Positions 30,167-40,254 of a stretch of 64,000 bases of DNA are shown here, one piece after another. The position numbers and the translations under genes are program-made. The stretch comes from a virus (lineage: Duplodnaviria; Caudoviricetes): IMG/VR virus record IMGVR_UViG_2832249651_000002, positions 1 through 64,000 of that record. One strand, written 5' to 3'. A model generated the notes under the pieces. It saw only the letters and a list, made by a program, of their open reading frames with translations, made no database searches and was not told the DNA's origin. Position 1 is the stretch's first letter, and each line of letters opens with the position of its first letter.

Positions 30167-30892
30167 ATGAATTTAAGCGAAGGTGTTATTACAAAAGCAC
30201 TAAAAGATAAACATGAAAACTTAGAAGATATATTTGCATCTCAAGTAAAAATAGGTCCAGCTGGAAGTAAAATAATGGATGCAGTAGCTATTAAGAAAAC
30301 ATGGTCACCTAGAACTGTTATAGGCTATGAGATAAAAATATCCAGACAAGATTTTCTTAGTGACCAAAAGCACCCTGTATATATGGAAAATTGTAATATT
30401 TTTTATTTTGTTACCCCTAAAGGCATTATAAAAGATGGGGAATTGCCAGTAGGAGTAGGGCATATGATTTATAATCCTGAAACCGATAAATTGAGAACAT
30501 CTAAGAAAGCTCCTTATAGAAAACAACCAATTAATCCAGACATACTCTTGCATATTATGTTCTGGAAGATGGATAGATACTTTGGATATAGAACAAGAGC
30601 GGAGATGTTAGAAGACTATAAGGCTAAGAAGGAGTTAAGAAGTATAGGCCGTGAGATAGCAGATAAGATATGGGATTTAGAAAGACAATTAGATGATTTA
30701 GATAGGAGTTATTATAAAGAAAGATACGAAGAATTACAGAAACAATGGAAAGAAAAATTCGGAACTAACTATATTAATTTTGATGAGATTCCTATTAATG
30801 ATGGATTATCAACATATGACATACAAAGGCTTAGTCAAAGTGCAAAGACAATACTAGATATGACGGAAAAGCTAAAAGCAAACTCAAATTAA
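30167..30892 (+). CDS. MmcB-like PD-(D/E)xK nuclease-fold protein
   Basis: IMDAVA...GYEIKISRQDFLSD...YFVTP..ELP..VG. Confidence 0.75.
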   Translation: MNLSEGVITKALKDKHENLEDIFASQVKIGPAGSKIMDAVAIKKTWSPRTVIGYEIKISRQDFLSDQKHPVYMENCNIFYFVTPKGIIKDGELPVGVGHMIYNPETDKLRTSKKAPYRKQPINPDILLHIMFWKMDRYFGYRTRAEMLEDYKAKKELRSIGREIADKIWDLERQLDDLDRSYYKERYEELQKQWKEKFGTNYINFDEIPINDGLSTYDIQRLSQSAKTILDMTEKLKANSN

Positions 30893-30897
30893 GGAAG

Positions 30898-31497
30898 GTG
30901 AGGACATTGGATAAAGCGAGGATTAACATAGATATAACCAATCATGCTAAAGAAAGATATGTAGAGAGAATTAAAGGAATTATAGATAAGCAGGAAATTA
31001 AAAGATATTTATCAACCGAAGATGAAAAGATAGTAAAAGAAATAAATAAACTATATCAATATTCAGAGTTAATATATAGAGGTCAAATAGGTGGAGATAA
31101 AACTACTAAGGATTTTATGTTAAATAATGATATATGCCTAGTAGTAGATAATGATTGTATAAGGACCATATATCGCATAAATTTTGCGTTTCCAGAACCG
31201 ACACGATTAATGGTTATCAATGACCTTAAAAATGAAATAAGAAGATTACAAGAGGAAGTGGAGGAAGAAAATAAGTTACTACAAGAGAAAGATTTAGACA
31301 TAAATACTTCAATAAAACTTCTAGAATTAGAAATTAAAAACCTTCAGGAAGAGATAGAGGTTAAAAAAGCAGAAGTTGAAGCAAATGAAGCTATTAAGAA
31401 GGCTAATAGAGGAAATATAAGACTACTAAATAGAACACTTCAAACCTATGCAGAGCAGTTATTAGGGAATACCCAATATAAAAAAGATATTTGTTAG
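30898..31497 (+). CDS. Hypothetical protein (ITNHAKERYVER domain plus coiled coil)
   Basis: Motif and heptad pattern. Confidence 0.6.
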   Translation: MRTLDKARINIDITNHAKERYVERIKGIIDKQEIKRYLSTEDEKIVKEINKLYQYSELIYRGQIGGDKTTKDFMLNNDICLVVDNDCIRTIYRINFAFPEPTRLMVINDLKNEIRRLQEEVEEENKLLQEKDLDINTSIKLLELEIKNLQEEIEVKKAEVEANEAIKKANRGNIRLLNRTLQTYAEQLLGNTQYKKDIC

Positions 31498-31507
31498 GGG
31501 TGATTAT

Positions 31508-31789
31508 ATGTTTTCTAATGGAACAGAATATCATGTTTTTATGGAAAGATATTGTTTTAGATGCTCAAAATATAAATCAGATAAAGAAGGAATCCCAAGT
31601 AATAATAGTTGCAGTATAGAAAAGGAAATAGCTACAGCTATGTTTGAACCAGATACTTTTCCTTATAATAATCTCTATTATAAAGACGGACAAGGATATA
31701 CCTGTAATAAATTTAAGGATAAGACCGAACAAAGGCAATATAAGAAAAGGAACGTTAAGCAAGTAGAGGGGCAAATAAAACTACTATAG
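31508..31789 (+). CDS. Cys-rich hypothetical protein
   Basis: FSNGTE...CFRC. Confidence 0.6.
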   Translation: MFSNGTEYHVFMERYCFRCSKYKSDKEGIPSNNSCSIEKEIATAMFEPDTFPYNNLYYKDGQGYTCNKFKDKTEQRQYKKRNVKQVEGQIKLL

Positions 31790-31799
31790 GAGGATCTAT

Positions 31800-32093
31800 A
31801 TGGATGCCATATGTACTGAATTTCAAAAGAATTATGCATCAGTAAATTTAGATTTTCAAGAGAAAGATGCTAAAGGATACGACTATATAATGATCTTAAT
31901 ATATCTAGAGGAATTAAAGAAAGGTTATAAAGCCAAAAGAGTCAATAAGACAACTAAAAAAAGGACTACAGTAACTTATAGCCGAATAGGTAGTAAAGAA
32001 GAATTAGAAGGTTATATGAAGTTGTTACAAGATAAGATTCAGGAATTTAATGAGAAGTGGGATTGTGATTTGCAATTAGAGAAGGGGGAATGA
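31800..32093 (+). CDS. Hypothetical protein
   Basis: GGAGG RBS. Confidence 0.55.
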   Translation: MDAICTEFQKNYASVNLDFQEKDAKGYDYIMILIYLEELKKGYKAKRVNKTTKKRTTVTYSRIGSKEELEGYMKLLQDKIQEFNEKWDCDLQLEKGE

Positions 32094-32096
32094 TTA

Positions 32097-32441
32097 ATGG
32101 ATATTGAAAAGACAATAGATGAACTTCGATATATAAAAGAATATTTTCATGTAGATAAAGGGAGTTTAGAATTAGCAATAAACATACTTGAAAAACAACT
32201 AAAGGATAAATGGATACCAGTAAGCGAAAGATTGCCTAATGACACTGAATGTAATGAATTTGATGATATGCATCCAAACCATAGAAAATTTCTATGTACA
32301 ATTAAGATTGCAGACTATGAGCCACAAATAAGGGTCTTATTCTTATCTGAAGTATTTGGCTGGAAATATGGGGCAGATGATTACAACAAATATGTTATAG
32401 CATGGAAGCCATTACCTGAACTGTATAAGGAGGTAAACTAA
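32097..32441 (+). CDS. DUF551-like protein
   Basis: WIPVSERLP...VIAWKPLPE. Confidence 0.75.
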   Translation: MDIEKTIDELRYIKEYFHVDKGSLELAINILEKQLKDKWIPVSERLPNDTECNEFDDMHPNHRKFLCTIKIADYEPQIRVLFLSEVFGWKYGADDYNKYVIAWKPLPELYKEVN

Positions 32442-32758
32442 TGCCACCAGATAAATTAGATATAGGAAAGATATTCATCAAAGACCTAAATACAGGCGAA
32501 GAAATGGAGTTAAATGAAATAGCAGATATTAACATTACTACAGATAGAATAGAGGAAATTGAGCCAATTAGAACTCCTAGAGAGATATCTTTTTCAATGG
32601 ATGTATCTCAGGTATCAATAGAAGCGATAGAACAGTTAATGCCAAAAGTGAGGATTTTAGGATTGCTTTATAGTCAAAATAAGACTCATAGAAAACATAG
32701 AATAAATAAGAAATGGGCGAAAAGATATGGATATACTTGTACGGTATATTATGCGTAA
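32441..32758 (+). CDS. Hypothetical protein
   Basis: HRK.RINKKWAKRYG motif. Confidence 0.6.
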   Translation: MPPDKLDIGKIFIKDLNTGEEMELNEIADINITTDRIEEIEPIRTPREISFSMDVSQVSIEAIEQLMPKVRILGLLYSQNKTHRKHRINKKWAKRYGYTCTVYYA

Positions 32759-32810
32759 GACGAATAATGTAATTTATGTGTGATAGATAAAATTTGAAAG
32801 GAGAATAAGC

Positions 32811-33035
32811 ATGAAAATTAAAAATTTTAAACATGACAGTAATATCGGAACAATTGAATTCGAGGTTGAACATAACGGAGAAGTCAACAAAGTAAAATTA
32901 GAAAGTACAGGGCATGGCACAAGATATACAGACATTGATGATTTTACAGAATATTGGACAGATGGAGAATATGATCAACTAGAGGGATTCATAGAAGGTT
33001 GTTCAGGTATATTACATCAATTTTATCATAGTTAA
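32811..33035 (+). CDS. Small acidic hypothetical protein
   Basis: AAGGAG RBS. Confidence 0.6.
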   Translation: MKIKNFKHDSNIGTIEFEVEHNGEVNKVKLESTGHGTRYTDIDDFTEYWTDGEYDQLEGFIEGCSGILHQFYHS

Positions 33036-33054
33036 ATAGACACATTTCAAGTAT

Positions 33055-33088
33055 AAGGTTCGCTTAGAAGTAATAGGTGAGCCTTTTT
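33055..33088 (+). terminator. Terminator ending the early operon
   Basis: AAGGTTCGCT/GGTGAGCCTT stem plus T-tract. Confidence 0.65.
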
Positions 33089-33091
33089 ATA

Positions 33092-33120
33092 TTACATATC
33101 GTGGACGAGTATGGTATAAT
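33092..33120 (+). promoter_or_regulatory. Sigma-A promoter of the first moron
   Basis: TTACAT-17-TATAAT with extended TG. Confidence 0.6.
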
Positions 33121-33189
33121 TTGGGTATTAGGTCAGGAGAAATATAGAAAGGGGGTAGTGATCTGAGAACTTTAATACATAATAATTGG

Positions 33190-33897
33190 ATGATTTTAAC
33201 TCCAAGCCAAAATGAAGAAAATATAACATATAGCTTATTTATTTTTACATACAAATTTTTCTGCGAAATCTTTGGACAAGATGTAATGGCAGCAGAAAAA
33301 TGTATACTTATTAATGAACCAATTTCATCATGTCCGATGCTTATAATTAATAGAAATCCGATTAGGTTATGTACTTCAGTAGAAAGTGCAAGTTACTACT
33401 GTCAATACATATATCAGTTATCTCATGAATTAACGCATTATGCTATTAGACAAGGCAAGATAGATAAAAATATCACTATCAAATGGTTTGAAGAAACCTT
33501 ATGCGAAGCTATGTCCCTATATATACTAGATTTATCTGCTCAACGATGGGATGAGTGTGGGTTATCCAATAACAATCCAAATTATTTTAGAAGTATATTG
33601 GAATATCTTAAAAAGGAATATAATCGAGAAGGCAATAGTATGGTAAATAGCTGTAAAACATTGAATGATTTAAAATATATAGAATCCACTAGCGAATCGG
33701 AAAGAGCTAATCGCATTCTTGAGAGAAATTATCTGTACAAAACCTTTAAAGATATGCCTAAAGATATTAAGAATATAATTTATTATACTCAATATTTGCA
33801 TGGCATCATGGTTAATTTTGATAAATGGAAGGAAGAGATAGGGGACGAAAACATTATTTTCTTAAAAAAACTAGAGGGAATACAGCCAGCAATTTAG
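33190..33897 (+). CDS. Gluzincin-like metallopeptidase moron
   Basis: YQLSHELTH...WFEETLCE (HExxH plus downstream E). Confidence 0.7.
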   Translation: MILTPSQNEENITYSLFIFTYKFFCEIFGQDVMAAEKCILINEPISSCPMLIINRNPIRLCTSVESASYYCQYIYQLSHELTHYAIRQGKIDKNITIKWFEETLCEAMSLYILDLSAQRWDECGLSNNNPNYFRSILEYLKKEYNREGNSMVNSCKTLNDLKYIESTSESERANRILERNYLYKTFKDMPKDIKNIIYYTQYLHGIMVNFDKWKEEIGDENIIFLKKLEGIQPAI

Positions 33898-33919
33898 CAG
33901 TGTTAATTTAATAAAATAA

Positions 33920-33946
33920 AAAGGATTTTCAAAACATTTGTAGAAT
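33920..33946 (+). promoter_or_regulatory. Sigma-H (Spo0H)-type promoter
   Basis: AAAGGATTT-11 nt-GTAGAAT matches RNAGGAWWW-N11/12-RNNGAAT. Confidence 0.65.
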
Positions 33947-33970
33947 ATATCTTTAAAGGGAGGATTTAAG

Positions 33971-34780
33971 ATGTATAAATGGATTTCTGATATAATGGGA
34001 AATCAAATTGCAATAGATTTAGTAATAGGGTTTTTCTATTCTGCGATAATAGGATTAACTATATTAGGTTTAACTTATTTATTAGATAAAAAAGAATCAT
34101 TAAAAAATTTATCAATAGATTTAACAAAATTAGTGTTTGTGTTAAATTCAATTAATGAATCTGTGAATAGAATAAGTAGACTTGACGGTGCAAAATATCG
34201 TAAGTTCTTTGGTGATGTATTAGACCAAAAAGAAATAGAACAAGAAGAAATTAAGACTGTTAGTGAGTTCATAATATATGACAGAATATCTTACTTACCA
34301 CCATTAAATAATTATTTAGTTGAAAAATTTAATATTACTAATAAAGAGTTTAAAGGTAACGAAGAAGAATTATTGAGATTATTACAAAGTTCAACAAAAG
34401 ACAAAGAGAGCTTCTTAGTGGAAAGTAATATATTTATTATTTCCTACGAGGATATAAATAGAAGAATAAATAGGATTAATGATAAGCTAGATTATTATAG
34501 GGAATTAACATATATAATAATTGGATTTAATTCTGATGATTTGGAAAGGGATAATATTGCAACTGGAAATATATTAAGAGTGTTTAAAATGTGTATAGAT
34601 ACAATAATCTCTGAATGCAAAGAACTAAAAGAACTCTTAATGCCTTTAGAGAATTTAGTAAATAATAATTTAAAAGAATTGGATGAAAAGATAGAAAAAA
34701 ATAATAAGAATCAAAAATTTGTTACTAAAGGATTTATTGTCTTAATTATTATTTGTTTAGTACTATTATTGATTGCTTAA
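33971..34780 (+). CDS. Membrane protein with terminal TM helices (moron)
   Basis: Hydrophobic segments at both termini, very AT-rich, GGGAGG RBS. Confidence 0.7.
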   Translation: MYKWISDIMGNQIAIDLVIGFFYSAIIGLTILGLTYLLDKKESLKNLSIDLTKLVFVLNSINESVNRISRLDGAKYRKFFGDVLDQKEIEQEEIKTVSEFIIYDRISYLPPLNNYLVEKFNITNKEFKGNEEELLRLLQSSTKDKESFLVESNIFIISYEDINRRINRINDKLDYYRELTYIIIGFNSDDLERDNIATGNILRVFKMCIDTIISECKELKELLMPLENLVNNNLKELDEKIEKNNKNQKFVTKGFIVLIIICLVLLLIA

Positions 34781-34914
34781 GAGTACTAATAATTAGATTT
34801 AAAATTTACTAAAAATTTATTATCCCACCATAGTTACTTATAGCACCATATAAGAACTTTATACCATTTGTATATATTTTGTATGAATATACTAAATAAA
34901 ATCCAATACAAGCC

Positions 34915-34946
34915 AAAATAAAAGCCAGTTTTATACTGGTTTTTTC
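34915..34946. terminator. Bidirectional terminator
   Basis: A-tract, GCCAGT/ACTGGT stem, T-tract. Confidence 0.6.
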
Positions 34947-35012
34947 TTTACCTATACCAATGGAAATATTTGGCATAATTTATTGATAAAATATTATTGT
35001 TAGGGTAAAATT

Positions 35013-35726
35013 ATGGCAAGGGGAGGGGATTTTATGCATTGGTTTATGTTAGTATTTTTATGGGGTATAGTTTCTTATACATTAGCAACAGTAATTCCAG
35101 ATATTTTCCATTTAAGAAATGTAGGTGATGGATTCTTTTGGACTGTAGCATTTTTTATAGGCATAATATTTACTATTTGGGGTGTACACATAGAAAGAAG
35201 AAATGCGGGAGAGAAAATAAGAGAAGAAAATCATAAGAAGGAAAAAGAAAACAGTATTAAGCAATCTCTACTAGAAACATATGGTTTACCAATAGATTGT
35301 CCATCATTTCAATATCTAAATGGATATAGCAGTATATCCAATAAAGCATCAGTAAATATATGGGTAGGGGAGAATAGTCTAAATTTATTAATCAATGGAG
35401 AAGATATCCAGAAGTATCAAGTTCCTATTGATAACATAAACTTTTATTCCGTCAAAGGAGATATGAAGCAAGAAATGGAAACTAAAGGAGGGAATATGTC
35501 AGTAGGGGGGACTGTAATTGCAGAAGGAATGCTTGGTACAGCTGCAGCTATGAAGAAAAATCAAGTAGTACAAAATATTAAGACAATTGATGAAAGAAAA
35601 ACTATAATAAATGCCATCGTAGACGGAAAAAATAGTTTCATATTTTTTGATGGAGCAGATCTGTATAATTATCTTTTGGAAAATCTTCCAGAGAAGGAGC
35701 AATCTTTTGTTGCCATGAATAAATAA
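35013..35726 (+). CDS. Two-TM membrane protein (moron)
   Basis: Two N-terminal TM helices and a Gly-zipper-like segment; true start probably MHWF after GGAGGGG. Confidence 0.7.
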   Translation: MARGGDFMHWFMLVFLWGIVSYTLATVIPDIFHLRNVGDGFFWTVAFFIGIIFTIWGVHIERRNAGEKIREENHKKEKENSIKQSLLETYGLPIDCPSFQYLNGYSSISNKASVNIWVGENSLNLLINGEDIQKYQVPIDNINFYSVKGDMKQEMETKGGNMSVGGTVIAEGMLGTAAAMKKNQVVQNIKTIDERKTIINAIVDGKNSFIFFDGADLYNYLLENLPEKEQSFVAMNK

Positions 35727-35749
35727 TAAAAATCTAAGGAGGAAACGTT

Positions 35750-36337
35750 GTGCTTAAAAAGAATAAACAACTGATAATAGGTTTTGTTTTAGGAGCGTTG
35801 ATATTTGGTATTATTCCAGTAGGTGCAGTAGTGCAAGATTACATTCTAAAGAAATCTGAAACTAAACTTATGGTAGACGGAAAAGAATTCGCCAATAAAG
35901 AATTACCAGTGCTAATTTACAAAGGTTACAATTACATCCCAGCAGCAACATTTAGGGAAATATGTGATACAATAGGAGTAGGATTTGAGTGGGTAGGGGA
36001 GAAAAACGAGATACAGATAAATACAAATAGATCTATGACTATAAAAGAAACGAAGGTCAAGGATATGATTGATATCGAAAAAGATGGATATAAATTATTT
36101 GTTGTTGATGGAGTAGAATATATATTACCTAGAGAAATTTTTGAAAAGCACATAGACCAAGGATACGACTTCAGATTTATACCTGAAACAAAGGAACTTT
36201 ATTTTTATCATACAAATAACCTAAGAAATGGCGATGAGGAAATTCTATTAAGAAATATTGAAACACATATTTTTCAGAATAAAAGCTATATAGAGTATAA
36301 TTATTTTAAAGAAAATATATTACCTCTTATTAAGTAG
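35750..36337 (+). CDS. Secreted stalk / copper-amine-oxidase-N-like domain protein
   Basis: Signal peptide, LMVDGKE...PVLIYKGYNYIP. Confidence 0.7.
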   Translation: MLKKNKQLIIGFVLGALIFGIIPVGAVVQDYILKKSETKLMVDGKEFANKELPVLIYKGYNYIPAATFREICDTIGVGFEWVGEKNEIQINTNRSMTIKETKVKDMIDIEKDGYKLFVVDGVEYILPREIFEKHIDQGYDFRFIPETKELYFYHTNNLRNGDEEILLRNIETHIFQNKSYIEYNYFKENILPLIK

Positions 36338-36340
36338 GAA

Positions 36341-36357
36341 AGGGGCATATAGCCCCT
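36341..36357. terminator. Hairpin at the convergence of moron and late transcripts
   Basis: AGGGGC-ATATA-GCCCCT. Confidence 0.55.
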
Positions 36358-36607
36358 AAATTTCTTTTATTCCTTCATTAGAATTAAGTTGTATAATTAA
36401 ATTATTAATTTCAGCTTCCTCTGTAACTAACTGATTATACTCACCAACTAATCTTGAATTTTGTTCTTGCAATCTATTCTTTTGCATTTGAATATCTCTT
36501 AATTTCATTTCAAGCTGAATCTTATCTAACTTAGTCTCAATTTCTTCAGTGATAATTACTAGGTCATCCTGAATAGTTATATCTTTATTTAATACCTTTT
36601 TATTCAT
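36356..36607 (-). CDS. Small coiled-coil protein
   Basis: AAGGAGTG RBS. Confidence 0.6.
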   Translation of the reverse strand: MNKKVLNKDITIQDDLVIITEEIETKLDKIQLEMKLRDIQMQKNRLQEQNSRLVGEYNQLVTEEAEINNLIIQLNSNEGIKEI

Positions 36608-36634
36608 AAAATCACTCCCTTAAATAATAAAACA

Positions 36635-38598
36635 TTATAATCCGATTACTCTAGCATTGGAAAAATCCCAAGTACCTTGAGGTACAAAACTTCTTGTAGC
36701 ACCAGATACTCTAAGGAATACCCCTATAAGACTTCCTAAATCAACATAGTCAAATCCATTGTAGATATAAAACACTGTATTTCTATCATGGTATATAGAA
36801 AAATCTCCATATCTATCAAATGTAGCTTCAGACCTATTGTCTCCATATATAGAAGTAACCCCTCTTAAATCAATCCTATCAGCATCTATAGTTATCTGTT
36901 CTCTTGACATATTAATTGCAGAAATTACCTCATCATCGCCAACCTTCAAAGTAATCTCATCTGCCATTTGCCTTATCTCGGACTTGATACCATATCTACC
37001 ATTAACATCGTCATCTACCCTCTCAACAGTAGATTGAATCCTATCAGCTCTCACATCAAGCCTAGCAGCTTCACTCGTAACCCTGTTATCAACACTAGTC
37101 ACCCTAGCGGCCTGCAAAGAAATTTGTTCAGCGTTTTGTTGTATTAAAGTACCTTGATTAACTATAACATTGCCCAGCCTATTAGTCTCATTTGCATAGG
37201 ACAGAAATGTAGGATTTTTAATCAAGTCAAGACCCTTCACGAAATCATTATCAACCTTTCCTATAGTGATACTACCAGCCTTAATCCTATCAGCAGATAA
37301 ATAGCCAGTAGTTATATTACTAGCATTTAGATTAATAACATTTATTAGATTTGCATCAATGGTTCCAGCTGTTATTTTATCAGCAGTTAAATTCTTTATC
37401 TTAGCATCAGTTACAGTCATATCCTCCAAATAATTACCACTCATTTGCCCATTTCCATTGAACTTTCCATCAATAAATCCAGTAGTATTAAAAGAAGCTT
37501 TCAATTGCTCAATTAATCTTTCTTCTGGGTCGCCAATATCTAATTCACATTGCCAAGGTTGAAACAAATTATATTTATGCCTAATAATTCTTGGCCGTGG
37601 ACTATCAGGTGCAATATCAGGATCTATAATATCTACCATATCACCTAGAGAATAATCTTCATGTTCATATTCAGGAAGAACACGAACATCAACTAACTTT
37701 ACTTTATATAAATATCTAGGCCTACAGATTAATTCTAATTCAGCTATAGCTTTTTCTTTTAACTCTGATTGACTATAGATATCTTGGTTCTTATAAATTC
37801 CTACATATTCCCTAGAAGTATAGCTATTGTTAGTAATATATTTCTTACCACCATTTACTGCAGCTATATCTAAATCATCATGGCCGAAAGCATATAATTT
37901 AGTTACAATTTTATTGGATTGAGTTCTAGTGATATGTTTTAAGTTTTTTCTATACCTAACTTGGAATCCATTATAAGGTTGCCATTTTCCAGCATCCCTT
38001 AAGTGAATAATCTTATTGATACTATCGAATACAAGATAGCCACCCCAAATGTCTTGAATCATCTTAATAAGTTCAAGTCTACTAACTTTTTCAGCTTCAA
38101 GGTCACGAATACCAGTTACATCAACAGTACCCATAGTCCAGTCAGAGCCTTGAAGAATAGCATATAGAGCATGGGCAGCGGTACCAGTAGAATATCTATT
38201 GCCACTTAAATTAGAACCACCACCAACAATGATAACAGCAAGGTCGGCAGGAGGTCGGGCAGTAGGGTCATTGGATATAGAAGGCTCTACATAACTAGTA
38301 TCTAGTTCATACCATTTCTCAACTGCCATAACCTTAGTCCATAGTACATTTTTATCATCTCTAATAGTATCTATAGCTTCATCTTTGCGAAGAATATAGA
38401 CTCTACCACCAGCCCATATTTCACATTCAGGAGTGAGTTCACTTATTTTTTCAGAAGTAGCAGGGAGCATAAGCTCTAGGATAGATTCTCCATTAAGTCG
38501 AGCATCTGCCAACACTCTTTTAAGCCATCAGCAGAAGGGGAGAGGTAGGCAGTAGTTTTACCATTAACTTTTATTTGTATATTTTTAGGTATTTGCAT
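36635..38598 (-). CDS. Tail tip / tail spike protein (prophage endopeptidase-like; 1-nt deletion near 38509)
   Basis: YRKNLKHITR, TKLYAFG, LGDMVDIID, ADKITAGTIDA repeats; start extended to MQIPK. Confidence 0.85.
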
Positions 38599-38611
38599 AA
38601 AATCACCTTCT

Positions 38612-39675
38612 TTAAATCCATTTATCATGCCATTTTACAATTACATTACTATTAGATACTACGTTAGTACTTCCAGGATATAGTAGGGGAAAGACACCGT
38701 TATAGTTAGCCATAGTATTATTAGAACCGATCTTTGCAGTTTCTTTTTCAGTATCGATAATAAGTTTTTGTCCGCTAGGAATAGTTCCAGTATAGGTTAA
38801 TGTTTCTCCACCTATAGTAAGGGAAGGATTCGTAACAGGTCCAGAAATTTCAACTATTAATCCAGTTTCAAAAGTACCTTCATTTACAAGATTACCACTA
38901 CCAGTTAAAGTTTTTTCGAATGAGCCAATGATAAATGGGTCACTCATTTTAAATGGTAATACAAATTGGAACCAACTAGCATAATTAGTAATATCAATCT
39001 TACCAGAATACTTAACCATATAAGTTTTTTCCACATCATCACTAAATATCAAAGTTTTATATCCTTTAGTAGGATTAAGATATTTAGCAAATAGCCTTTG
39101 TAAATGAGCCTTTTCAAGGGGAGAATTACCTTCATCAGTAGCAACGTGTAATTCCATCATCTTAGACTTAAATTCAGTACCAAAGTCAAATTCACCATGC
39201 CTACCAGGTATTTCGTCTGTGTAATCTCTAGTAGCAGGAAGGAGTTCATATCGCTATCGCCAGTAACTAAAACACCTAGTGGATGTAAGATATTATTTGA
39301 GTCGATAACGAAGAATGCACCAGCAACACTAACGTCAGAGTCAGTGATAAATCCAGCATCCGAAATATTCAAGTTTGCAGTTAATGATAAAGAATCATTT
39401 GCAACTGCGGAGTCTGATATGTTTACATCTAAAATTATAGAAATATTGTCATCTGATGATATGGATTTGTCTAAAACTTCTACACTAGCAATTAAGGCTA
39501 TGCTTTCATCGGCAATAGCATTATCTGAAATAGGAATATTGGCGAATATATCTTTAATACTATCAAGTCCATACCCACTGTCTAGTATGATAATAGCAAA
39601 AGGCCCTGAATTATAATTTGCTCCGCCATCTGGTAATTTCTTGTTGTATACTTTTCCTGAGTTATAACTTGTCAT
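38612..39675 (-). CDS. Distal tail protein (Dit) with N-terminal repeat extension; split near 39256
   Basis: Restored frame reads EIPGRHGEFDFG...LIFSDD...DPF...N.GT.ET...FPLLYPG. Confidence 0.8.
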
Positions 39676-39724
39676 TTTATCACCTCATTAGAAAAGAAGG
39701 GCAATAAAAAAAGCCTTCTAGGCA

Positions 39725-39871
39725 TTAATTTTGTCCTACTAAATATTCAGCTACTGCAATTTGATATTCCTGTGGCACTAAAGGTTTATTTTCTCCTTCA
39801 ACTTCCTCTAAATTCCACATTTTAGCTTTGACTAATATTCCATAACTAACTATTAAATATCTCTTTAACAT
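39725..39871 (-). CDS. Small XkdX/CD1375-like protein
   Basis: MLKRYLIVSYGILVK...VPQEYQIAVAEYL after GGAGGT. Confidence 0.6.
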   Translation of the reverse strand: MLKRYLIVSYGILVKAKMWNLEEVEGENKPLVPQEYQIAVAEYLVGQN

Positions 39872-40232
39872 TATACATTACCTCCTTCTAATTCCGATAA
39901 TCTCATTTCTAAATCAATAATGCTTCAGCCATTGCAACTTTTTCATCGTCAACATATTCATCTATAATTTCAGGCTCTGGTATGATCTTATCTTCAATTT
40001 TATATTTTTTAATTACCTTATCTTCCAAAATCTCGTAACCATCATCTAAAATATATTGATTTTCCACATCATGCTCTGGAATTACATCTTCCAATGGTAG
40101 CCATCCTTCAGCTAGTAGAATTTCAATATCTTGTAGATGATAGCCACTTACAGAACTACCATCTTTTAATTCACCAGTAGTAGGTAACCCATACTGAACT
40201 ATTTCACCATCAATTACTTGTGCCATTCTCAT
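39871..40232 (-). CDS. Tail-fibre-associated protein (1-nt deletion near 39921)
   Basis: AEGWLPL motif; restored C-terminus IIDLEMRLSELEGGNV. Confidence 0.6.
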
Positions 40233-40254
40233 ATTTACATCATCCTTTCTTTAT

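Noticed and set aside
32755-33050. Possible cassette-boundary motifs around the last early gene
   Set aside because: The two flanks are too dissimilar to call a repeat
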